This document shows positions 9,311 through 17,304 of a stretch of DNA of 64,000 nucleotides, piece by piece (position 1 is the stretch's first letter; each line of letters opens with the position of its first letter). Under the pieces are notes generated by a model that saw only the letters and a program-made list of their open reading frames with translations, was not told the DNA's origin and searched no databases. This stretch comes from a virus (taxonomy: Duplodnaviria > Caudoviricetes). The DNA lies in the IMG/VR virus record IMGVR_UViG_3300037418_000840; one strand, 5' to 3'. A program made the translations under genes and the position numbers.

Positions 9311-10086
9311 TCATCAGTCAGCGTTCCAAGTTCGTCTTCATTCATAATCCCAAGGTGGCAGGCACGTCGATCCGCACGGCCATCGGAGACCGTCACGACT
9401 GGTCAACTCATTTCTGGCATCAGGGCTGGTCCGAAGAGGCGCAGCGAGTTGTCGACTTGGCGCACATACCCTATCGTGATCTGCCCGACGATGTTAAGAG
9501 CATTATCAGTCAGTCGTTTACCTTCGGCTTCGTCCGCGATCCGATGTCTCGCTTCTGGGCGTCGCTTGCTGAATTCCGTCGTCAGCATGCAGATTGGGAA
9601 GAACTGGCCAGAATGCCGGCCGAAGGCTTACTGAATCACGTGTTGACCCCGGCTGCCATTCGTCACGACTGGCGATTCACCCACTTCTGTCCACAACACG
9701 CGTTCTTCTACGATGGGCGAAAGTGCGTGGCCGACTTCGTGGGACACCACGAAACATTTGCTCGTGATTGGGCACGCATCCAAGTGATGATCGGCACTGA
9801 TTTCAAACCGTTGGACAATGCCCGCCATCGTGGGACCACTGATGATGAGCCGTTGACCAAGCAGGGGTTCGCTAAGTTCCTCAATCTATACGCGATGGAC
9901 TACGCGCTGTTTGGCTACGATATCCCGGCAGAGCCCAACTTGGATGACGGATATCCTGAGTCAACGCATTGGTCCCGTGTCGAATCCATCCATACGCCAT
10001 ACTTACAGGTCAATGCGGAGCTTGAAGCGCTGATGACCGAAGGGGAGCGTGCGGCCTATAAACAGAAGCTCAAATCCACGCTATGA
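9307..10086 (+). CDS. PAPS-dependent sulfotransferase (Sulfotransfer_2 / CHST-like)
   Basis: 5'-PSB motif FIHNPKVAGTSI, 3'-PB motif FGFVRDPMSRFWAS, HFCPQ; ATGA overlap with glf. Confidence 0.85.
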   Translation: MIISQRSKFVFIHNPKVAGTSIRTAIGDRHDWSTHFWHQGWSEEAQRVVDLAHIPYRDLPDDVKSIISQSFTFGFVRDPMSRFWASLAEFRRQHADWEELARMPAEGLLNHVLTPAAIRHDWRFTHFCPQHAFFYDGRKCVADFVGHHETFARDWARIQVMIGTDFKPLDNARHRGTTDDEPLTKQGFAKFLNLYAMDYALFGYDIPAEPNLDDGYPESTHWSRVESIHTPYLQVNAELEALMTEGERAAYKQKLKSTL

Positions 10087-11399
10087 AGATCCTGTTCACA
10101 CTGTTCGAAATCCAAGACTTCGGTGGCATAGCCGCCGATCTTGTATTCAAGAAGAAAGGTCTCGAGGAAGCAGGGCACGAAGTGGACATCGTGTATCTCC
10201 GCCATTCGGACAAGCCCAACTACGTGCGACGCGTGGTCGGTGCCGGTCGTCAGGGTAATTACGACATCGGCGGCGGGATCACGGTCAATACCCTGTCCGG
10301 CTTCTACGGGGTTCCTGTCATGTCCTATGCGTCCAAGCGACTGATGCGCAAATGGTGGGCCTTCGCCGATCGCTATGACATGGTGATCCACGAAATCCCG
10401 GGACCAAATCCTGCGAAGACTGGGGCTATCGATGTTAAGGGCTACTGGCGACAGGTGTACGATGTCGAGACACCGCAGATTATCTCAGCCCATGACGCGC
10501 ATTTCCGTGACATGTATCCACACCTGATCGAAGTAGCTGACAAGGTACGTGGTATCTCATGCACGAATCCGGCCGGCTATGTGGCCCTCGAATGGTTCCC
10601 GGGTCCACGCGCGTTTATCGGTGCGCCGCATCCAGTCCTCAACTGGAAGAAGCTCCCCGCATGGGAGGACCGTGACCCGAATGCCGTATGTGCCCACGTA
10701 TGGAAAGCGTGGAAGCACATGGATCAGGCAGTACGCAGTGCCCGTTATCTTGAAGACGCGAACCTGATCATGGCCGGTGATGGGATCGAACGTCGCTACA
10801 TGACTTCGGTCGATAAGTGCAAGCCCAAGTACAAGGGTGTATGGGCACGAGCCGAGCGGGCAGGCATGGACTACAAGGGGATGTTGACCCCGAGTCAGCT
10901 GTCGAAGGTGTATCGCAACGCCAGAGTCATGGTCGATTGCAGTTGGAGCGCCAAGTTCGCGAAGCTGAACAATCACTTCAACCGGTCTATCATCGAGGGG
11001 TACAACCATGGATGCGTCCCAATATGTGTCGACATCAACATGGCTGAACCCGGTATGCAGGTCCAGATGTTCCAGAAGGGGAAGACTCACTTCGAGATAG
11101 CGCACGATGCGACACCGCGTCAACTCGCTGAACTGATTGATCATGTGGTGAACCTGCCACCAGAGAAGGCTGCGGCGATGGTCAAGCGTGGCCGTCGCAT
11201 CCTCCTCGACTACTTCGACTATCGCAAGACCAGTCTCGAGTATATCAAGCTTGCGAAGGGAAAGGCAGCCGGCGTCTATCCGAAGCTCGAAGTAGGGAAG
11301 ACCAACAAGACGATCAAGCGTAATGTCGAGCGCTTCATGACCAAGGTCGATCGTCAGATTGCCAAGCGTGATCGCAAAGCCGCTGAGCAGGAGGAATGA
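10083..11399 (+). CDS. GT-B fold glycosyltransferase (GT4-like)
   Basis: MKILF...DFGG...GLEEAGHEVDIV N-terminus; YRNARVMVDCS...IIEGYNHGCVPI C-terminal donor-binding region; ATGA overlap. Confidence 0.8.
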   Translation: MKILFTLFEIQDFGGIAADLVFKKKGLEEAGHEVDIVYLRHSDKPNYVRRVVGAGRQGNYDIGGGITVNTLSGFYGVPVMSYASKRLMRKWWAFADRYDMVIHEIPGPNPAKTGAIDVKGYWRQVYDVETPQIISAHDAHFRDMYPHLIEVADKVRGISCTNPAGYVALEWFPGPRAFIGAPHPVLNWKKLPAWEDRDPNAVCAHVWKAWKHMDQAVRSARYLEDANLIMAGDGIERRYMTSVDKCKPKYKGVWARAERAGMDYKGMLTPSQLSKVYRNARVMVDCSWSAKFAKLNNHFNRSIIEGYNHGCVPICVDINMAEPGMQVQMFQKGKTHFEIAHDATPRQLAELIDHVVNLPPEKAAAMVKRGRRILLDYFDYRKTSLEYIKLAKGKAAGVYPKLEVGKTNKTIKRNVERFMTKVDRQIAKRDRKAAEQEE

Positions 11400-11743
11400 T
11401 GAAGGACTATTTCAGTCCCCTTGGTGTTAAATACGAGGCGTCCAATCATCAAGTGTGGCCCTCGCTTCCTATCTGTCAGTATCTCGTTGGCACTCCCTGG
11501 AATGATACGGCACTGGCTGCCGTTTCATCAACACGCCCGTCGTCGATCCGTGTTGTGCGTCACGACGGGGAGATCAAGGACAATGGCAGCATGTGGCGAG
11601 TTACGGTTTTTCTCGACCACCTAGGCTTAATCTCCAACGTTGAACAGGAAGTAGTGGTCGATGCGCCTGAAGGTGTAGTAAACGGCCATGAGTTCTGTCG
11701 CCGTCTCGAAAAATATCCACACTGGCCCGCTGATTCGTTCTAG
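11396..11743 (+). CDS. peptidase-inhibitor I78/potato-I-like small protein
   Basis: QYLVG...IRVV...RVTVFLDHLGLISNV pattern; family call tentative. Confidence 0.5.
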   Translation: MMKDYFSPLGVKYEASNHQVWPSLPICQYLVGTPWNDTALAAVSSTRPSSIRVVRHDGEIKDNGSMWRVTVFLDHLGLISNVEQEVVVDAPEGVVNGHEFCRRLEKYPHWPADSF

Positions 11744-11752
11744 GAGTTGATC

Positions 11753-12196
11753 ATGGGATTCGAAGTCGTTCATCATGGAAAAGATTCACCAGAAGAAGTG
11801 CGACGCAAGCGTATCGCCAATCACATGTCGTATTGCACGCACTATCGACCGAAGGGGCTGAGCATCGCCACCGCTTGTCAAGTCGGATGCAATGCGCTGA
11901 AGGGTCCCTGTATCGACGGTCATACGCTACCAGACGTGCTGGACCGGTGCCCCAAGTGGGAACGCCGTTCACTGGCCGAAGCCGAAGCACGGGCAGACGA
12001 GCTCGAACGTGCGTTCGATCGCATGGAGAAGGTGGCACCTGTCATCAATGAATGGCGGTCCAAGCCCCCGATCGGAAAGGACGGAACTGTCGATTGCCCG
12101 ATATGTGGTGGCCAACTGTTCCTCAGCCAATCGGCGCGCAACGGTCACGTGAGTGCCAAGTGTACGACCGCAGGCTGTGTGTCGTTCATCGAGTAA
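11753..12196 (+). CDS. Cys-rich hypothetical protein
   Basis: AGGAG SD; multiple Cys/His including CPICG...HVSAKC. Confidence 0.65.
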   Translation: MGFEVVHHGKDSPEEVRRKRIANHMSYCTHYRPKGLSIATACQVGCNALKGPCIDGHTLPDVLDRCPKWERRSLAEAEARADELERAFDRMEKVAPVINEWRSKPPIGKDGTVDCPICGGQLFLSQSARNGHVSAKCTTAGCVSFIE

Positions 12197-12227
12197 CGGC
12201 CGTTACGATTAACATCGGAGACTCTAT

Positions 12228-12530
12228 ATGCTACCCGCATTCTTTACTCGCATCCAGACGCTGTTGACTACGGGCCAACCCAAAAACTATGCTGGCAGCG
12301 ACATGGCGAAAGCTGATTGGGCTGCGCTTGGACGTACGATTGAAATCCTCGACAACGCAAACAGGTTGCCGACAGGTTGGAAACCTGCGCCTCCCCTCAT
12401 GACGCATCAAATGCATCAGGCCATGCAAAATGCGATAGACAGTGGACAACCAGTCTGGCCAGCCATCCTGAACGTGATGCCGAACCCGCCGGCCGATGGA
12501 CGTACGCTGACCGTCAACGACACAGTCTAA
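12228..12530 (+). CDS. hypothetical protein
   Basis: 100 aa, GGAG SD. Confidence 0.6.
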   Translation: MLPAFFTRIQTLLTTGQPKNYAGSDMAKADWAALGRTIEILDNANRLPTGWKPAPPLMTHQMHQAMQNAIDSGQPVWPAILNVMPNPPADGRTLTVNDTV

Positions 12531-12534
12531 CCAA

Positions 12535-12852
12535 GTGTGTGACGGATATCACCCGCTCGTAGTCAACTGCCGGACCGATGATTACGATGAGTACATCGGA
12601 CGTCCTGGTCCGTGGGGCAATCCTTTCATAGTGGGTACGCACGGGACACGCAAGCAAGTGTGCGCCTTCCACCGTAAATGGATTGATGGATTAATACGCG
12701 GTCCTAACGGGGAACGACCTCCATCCAAGAAAGAGATCAGGCGCAAACTCAAAGGCAAGCGTCTAGGATGTTGGTGTAAGCCAAAGGAATGCCACGGTCT
12801 TTACTTGGCTCATATCGCCAATCGAAAGCAAACGAAGGGGCTTTTCAGATGA
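12535..12852 (+). CDS. DUF4326 domain protein
   Basis: YIGRPGPWGNPF ... LKGKRLGCWCKPKECHG signature. Confidence 0.85.
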   Translation: MCDGYHPLVVNCRTDDYDEYIGRPGPWGNPFIVGTHGTRKQVCAFHRKWIDGLIRGPNGERPPSKKEIRRKLKGKRLGCWCKPKECHGLYLAHIANRKQTKGLFR

Positions 12853-13793
12853 GGTACTTCGTCCTCTCATACAATCGGCCCGACCTGCAGATTACTCTGC
12901 AGTCAATGCCACCCGACCTCCTCAGCCAGATCGAGTTGATGGTGGTCCCAAAAGAATACAAGCAGTACAAACGTGGATGGTATGCGTCGAAGGTCAAGGC
13001 CATCCACACGTGGCCTGACTACGTGGACTGTGTACCGAAGAAACGCCACTGGATCGCCCAGAATGCGAAGGACGACTACATCTTGATCGATGACGACGTG
13101 AATCTCTACGTCTGGTCGCGTAAGCGCGACAAGTTCGTTCGTGCACTGGATTTGCCTAAGCGCTTTGCCTACGAATTCATGGAGGGGCTACCTTCACAAT
13201 TCGAGACCTACGCGTCAGTTGCTGCGGCCAACAAGTTCATGGCTGACCCGTTCGTTCGTCAACACGGTCTAGTCAAGGACGACAGTGTGGGCTTCGTCAT
13301 GTCTGGATTCGCGAAGGGCACGACTAAGAAGGTGCAGATGGGTTGTACCTTTGTCTACACAGACATAGACCTGCCTCTCCAAGTGTTCCAGGAACACAAG
13401 ACCTCGTGTATCTACTATGGTCTGTGCTACAACCATTCGGGAGTCAAGGCTCTTCAGAATACGGGAACCTCGACCTACAGATCAGACTTCCTCAAGCTGG
13501 ATTCAGCGATCCGTATGGCTGTCCTCTATCAAGGGATCATCACCGGAGCCAAATGGAATAACAACAAGGGCGGTGGGGTTACGCTCCAGAAGTGGTTCAA
13601 TCGAGTAAAGACCGGGGTCACTGCCGCCCATGTAAATAAGACACAGGAATGGTTACGTACCATCTGTGCTGAGCACGGCCTCCGTTCGTGTCCGGACTTC
13701 TATCGCTACGATATGGAGACACCGAAAGACTACATCTTTCAGAAGTACGAAGAGCTCTGGGAAGAGAAGCTAATCAAAAGGAAACGTCGATGA
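12849..13793 (+). CDS. GT-A fold glycosyltransferase, TAGT / base-J glucosyltransferase-like
   Basis: FVLSYNRP N-terminus, VVPKEYKQY, KKRHWI, YILIDDDV (DxD); ATGA overlap. Confidence 0.7.
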   Translation: MRYFVLSYNRPDLQITLQSMPPDLLSQIELMVVPKEYKQYKRGWYASKVKAIHTWPDYVDCVPKKRHWIAQNAKDDYILIDDDVNLYVWSRKRDKFVRALDLPKRFAYEFMEGLPSQFETYASVAAANKFMADPFVRQHGLVKDDSVGFVMSGFAKGTTKKVQMGCTFVYTDIDLPLQVFQEHKTSCIYYGLCYNHSGVKALQNTGTSTYRSDFLKLDSAIRMAVLYQGIITGAKWNNNKGGGVTLQKWFNRVKTGVTAAHVNKTQEWLRTICAEHGLRSCPDFYRYDMETPKDYIFQKYEELWEEKLIKRKRR

Positions 13794-14278
13794 ATATTCG
13801 ATTGACCACCATGTGTCCCGACCCGTTCAACCGGTATCCACAGTTGTTCGACATCTGGCCGGAACCTTACCTTACGTCAGCGGTCGAGGCTACGAATGAG
13901 GACTGGGGTGATGGCAGCGTCTTCTTCATAGAAGCCGATCATCAAGTGGTCGGCATCACCGGCTTGTTCTTCGAAGAGGAAGACAAGGAGAACGCGTTCC
14001 TTCGTTGGACGGGTGTCATTCCGTGCATGCGTCGTCGTGGGATTACTAGTTACATAGTCGATCTCATGGCGCTGATGGCTGTCAACCTGTGCAAGCGCAC
14101 CGGTTACCTAATCGAACTCGTTCCCTACAACGATTACGGTCACTTCGAGAGCGGTGCCTACCCGTTCTTCACGGACCTTGGATTCAAACAACTATCTGGC
14201 ATCAAGCACGAACAGACCGATTGGCAGGTTCGTGTTATGGGCCTTGCTCTCGAGAAATACAGGACAAAGAATGCCTAA
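13790..14278 (+). CDS. GNAT family acetyltransferase
   Basis: VVGITGL...AFLRWTGVIPCMRRRGITS (motif A R/QxxGxx), FFTDLGF. Confidence 0.75.
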   Translation: MNIRLTTMCPDPFNRYPQLFDIWPEPYLTSAVEATNEDWGDGSVFFIEADHQVVGITGLFFEEEDKENAFLRWTGVIPCMRRRGITSYIVDLMALMAVNLCKRTGYLIELVPYNDYGHFESGAYPFFTDLGFKQLSGIKHEQTDWQVRVMGLALEKYRTKNA

Positions 14279-15260
14279 GCTAAAATCTCAAAAGGGACAG
14301 CAGTCCCTATTCGATGGCGAAGCGCCGTATCTGTTTGCGCCCAACGAACAGAACAGTCCGGAATCGATGGCCAAGTTCTGGATCGAGCGCCACAAGATCT
14401 ATTTGAAGCGCTTTCACCTGAAGGCCAAGGCTCCGTGGACTACCGATCCCGTGCTTTCCAACTACCGATTCTGCAACATCTATCGTGAGCTCGATACGGT
14501 CAGCAAGTGGATCATCGAGAAAGTGATCGAGCCCTATGCCAAGAACGACAATCTGTGGTTCATGCTCGCCATGTCGCGGATCATCAACTGGCCGGACACT
14601 TTGCAGGCTATCATGGACGCTGGCGCATGGCCCGAGCGTCGTTGGGACCCTGATGCGGTCTACGCAGTGATGAACGACATAAGGGCACAGAAACGCAAGG
14701 TCATCACTGGAGCCTACATCATCAACTCGGTGTTCCCCAAGGGGGTGAATCCGCCGGATCGCAGCAAGAATTACTACATCCCGTTCTACGGACTTGACCC
14801 TCTGTGGAAAGACCGCCAGTCCCTTCGCGATGCTTTCCGTGATAATCAAGCCGAGGCTGTCGACACACTGCGCCAGTATCAAGGATGGGGTGCCTTCATG
14901 GCCTATCAAGTGATCGTCGATTTGACCTACAGCAGACGATGGCTTGGCCGGGCATCGGACATCGAGACGTTCACCAGTCCAGGACCGGGGACCACGCGCG
15001 GTATGAACCGCCTTTTGTTCGGTGGCCGTAAGCCCCAACTCAGGGCTGACCAGTTGAATGAGCCGATGATCAAGGCACGAGCCGAGGTCAATGCGGCAGC
15101 GCGCGCCGTTGTGCCCGCTAAGTGGTGGACTGACGATTTCAAGACTGGGTTCACAAATCTGTCGGCAGCCAATTTCAGTAACCTGTGCTGCGAGTACGAC
15201 AAATATTGTCGTGTGATCAGCGGTGAAGGAGAGCCCCGTGCCGGATACAAAGCCCGATGA
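14271..15260 (+). CDS. 5-hydroxymethyl-dU DNA kinase-like (aGPT-Pplase1 family)
   Basis: FWIERHKIY...PWTTDPVLSNYRFCNIYRELD, RIINWPDTL, GWGAFMAYQVIVDL, GPGTTRG helical DNA-glycosylase-like signature. Confidence 0.82.
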   Translation: MPKLKSQKGQQSLFDGEAPYLFAPNEQNSPESMAKFWIERHKIYLKRFHLKAKAPWTTDPVLSNYRFCNIYRELDTVSKWIIEKVIEPYAKNDNLWFMLAMSRIINWPDTLQAIMDAGAWPERRWDPDAVYAVMNDIRAQKRKVITGAYIINSVFPKGVNPPDRSKNYYIPFYGLDPLWKDRQSLRDAFRDNQAEAVDTLRQYQGWGAFMAYQVIVDLTYSRRWLGRASDIETFTSPGPGTTRGMNRLLFGGRKPQLRADQLNEPMIKARAEVNAAARAVVPAKWWTDDFKTGFTNLSAANFSNLCCEYDKYCRVISGEGEPRAGYKAR

Positions 15261-15627
15261 TGGACGACGCAAGTCCAAGATCGGTATCGAGATGAGCCCC
15301 GAACTACGCGACGTAGCCAACCGGTTGATGGTCCGTCTCGATACCGATTCAATCCATGAAGTAGTGCGCCGTGCTCTGTATTACTACGAACGCGCTCTCA
15401 ACAAGAACGCGCCGCCTCCGGTTAAGACAAAGCTCCATGACTTCGTTGTCCACTTGTATGAGAAGGAAGACGGTAGCTATGACATCGTAGGTCACCGCCA
15501 CTGCGGTAATGGCGGCGATGCCCTGTACGGGAACAAGCCCAACGAAGAAGATGCACGGGCTGAGGTTAAGAGTCGTTTCCCTTTTGAACATGAGGTAGTA
15601 GTTCACCCACTAAAGCCTCGTGCGTAA
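15238..15627 (+). CDS. ribbon-helix-helix DNA-binding protein with C-terminal domain
   Basis: GTG 15238 after AAGGAG; KIGIEMSPELRDVANRLMVRLDTDSIHEVVRRAL fits the RHH/CopG pattern. Confidence 0.65.
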   Translation: MPDTKPDDGRRKSKIGIEMSPELRDVANRLMVRLDTDSIHEVVRRALYYYERALNKNAPPPVKTKLHDFVVHLYEKEDGSYDIVGHRHCGNGGDALYGNKPNEEDARAEVKSRFPFEHEVVVHPLKPRA

Positions 15628-15661
15628 ATAGAGGCCGTTGTCAACCATCACGTACCTTACC

Positions 15662-16813
15662 ATGAAAGTCATCTACGCAAACAATCCTGATCACGGACTG
15701 GAGACGGCCCTACGGTCCATCATCCACGAGGGTGCCACGTGCGATAGTCGCAATGGGCCGGTCCTTCGTTTCCGCACGCCAGTCACTTCGGTGTATAACA
15801 CGCCGCGCCATCGTGTGTCGTTCAACAAGGTGCGTGATGCCAATCCGTTCCTTCACTTGATGGAAAGCTTGTGGATGCTAGCCGGTCGCAACGACGTTGA
15901 GTTCGCGGCCTACTATGCCAAGCAGATGCTCCAGTACACCGACGACGGAAAGACCCTCAACGGTGCCTATGGCTATCGCTGGCGCAAGCACTTCGGCTAC
16001 GATCAGCTGGAAGCAGTGATCGAAGAACTCAAGAAGACCAAGGGCAACAGCCGGCGTTGCGTGATCCAAATGTGGGACGCCAGCCGCGATTTCTATCCAG
16101 GCGAAGATTCCTGGGCAGTCAAGCGAGAGTCCGATCTTCTGAACCAAACGTCGAAGGACCTGCCGTGCAACACGGCCCTCATGTTCGATGCCCAACTCGG
16201 CCATCTCGACATGACGGTCGTCAACCGCAGTAACGACACGATCTGGGGCTGCTACGGGGCGAACGCTGTGCACTTCTCGTTCCTCCTGGAATACATGGCG
16301 GATCGGATCGGCATCCCGGTCGGAACCTACTACCAAGTGTCGAACAATCTTCACGCGTATCTGGAGTTCGATATCACGAAGCGGTTCATCGCGTGGGATC
16401 AACAGACGCAGCACGCAACCATCGACGACGATGCGTTTCAGCCGGAGCCGGATTTTGGTATCGCGACTCCCTACACTGCGCATCTGATTCATTCCATGGC
16501 CTTGAACGCCGGGATCACCGGGTGGGACGACGAGCTCCATCATCTGGTCGACAACTACAGGACCACCGAGTATTCACGGTACTCCATTGCCTTCTTCGAT
16601 CTGGTCGCGGCCCCCATGTGTGCGGCCTACAACTGCTACAAGAGCAACGGCCCGGAGGCCGGTCTCGCCGTACTCAGTACGGCAAACGAGAAGTACAAAC
16701 GCACGCTGTCCATCGACGTGGCAAACGATTGGATCCTAGCCGGTGCTCGTTGGCTCCGTCGTCGGCCGTCCATCAATCGCGGCCTGAGCCAGCCCACCGA
16801 CTTTGGTCTGTAA
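15662..16813 (+). CDS. thymidylate synthase-family protein, probable dUMP hydroxymethylase
   Basis: ANPF...ESLWMLAGRND, GAYGYRWR, SRRCVIQMWD, DLPCN (catalytic Cys), RSNDTIWGCYGAN, NNLHAY; Asn at the uracil-specifying site; TTG 15638 is an alternative start. Confidence 0.85.
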   Translation: MKVIYANNPDHGLETALRSIIHEGATCDSRNGPVLRFRTPVTSVYNTPRHRVSFNKVRDANPFLHLMESLWMLAGRNDVEFAAYYAKQMLQYTDDGKTLNGAYGYRWRKHFGYDQLEAVIEELKKTKGNSRRCVIQMWDASRDFYPGEDSWAVKRESDLLNQTSKDLPCNTALMFDAQLGHLDMTVVNRSNDTIWGCYGANAVHFSFLLEYMADRIGIPVGTYYQVSNNLHAYLEFDITKRFIAWDQQTQHATIDDDAFQPEPDFGIATPYTAHLIHSMALNAGITGWDDELHHLVDNYRTTEYSRYSIAFFDLVAAPMCAAYNCYKSNGPEAGLAVLSTANEKYKRTLSIDVANDWILAGARWLRRRPSINRGLSQPTDFGL

Positions 16814-16841
16814 GTCAATCCATCTACAAGCGAGGACCCTC

Positions 16842-17303
16842 ATGAGCAATCCGAATGACCGTCAGGTAGGCGGCACCTACTATCGATCGAAGTACCAACA
16901 CTGGGATATGGCGACCGACACGCTGATGCGCCATCTGGAAGGCGCGGCCTCGAAATACCTGTCGCGCTTCGGCAATAAACCCGGTGAACCGGCATCCAAA
17001 GACCTGGAGAAAGCCGGCCACTACATCGAAAAGCTGATCGATCAGGCGCGACACAACGTCAACTTCGAACCCCTGGCCGTGATCCAGAATCGTATGGGCG
17101 TCGTGCCCGATACCTACGTCAATTGGTTTGTCGAGGGTCTGTCGGGACCTCCGGCTGGTGAAGAGAACGTGTCGGTCTTGCGCATTCTTGCCAGCTGGAA
17201 TTCGTTCAGCGAGCTCGAAGACGCACTGGCCGTAGTCAACAAGCTGAAATCGCACCACGTTGCTATCGAACAAGAGCACGCGGCGTCCAAAGGGATGGAC
17301 TAA
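16842..17303 (+). CDS. DUF3310 (T7 gp1.7-like nucleotide kinase family) protein
   Basis: NDRQVGGTYY...QHWD...KYLSRFGNK...DLEKAGHYIEKL. Confidence 0.8.
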   Translation: MSNPNDRQVGGTYYRSKYQHWDMATDTLMRHLEGAASKYLSRFGNKPGEPASKDLEKAGHYIEKLIDQARHNVNFEPLAVIQNRMGVVPDTYVNWFVEGLSGPPAGEENVSVLRILASWNSFSELEDALAVVNKLKSHHVAIEQEHAASKGMD

Positions 17304-17304
17304 C

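Noticed and set aside
14307-15320. 337-aa antisense ORF; likewise 19225-20286, 21334-22578, 4418-5245 and other long - strand ORFs under + strand genes
   Set aside because: They lie opposite motif-supported genes, have no recognisable motifs or SD, and are expected shadows of GC-rich codon usage or mirror images of the D/E repeats.
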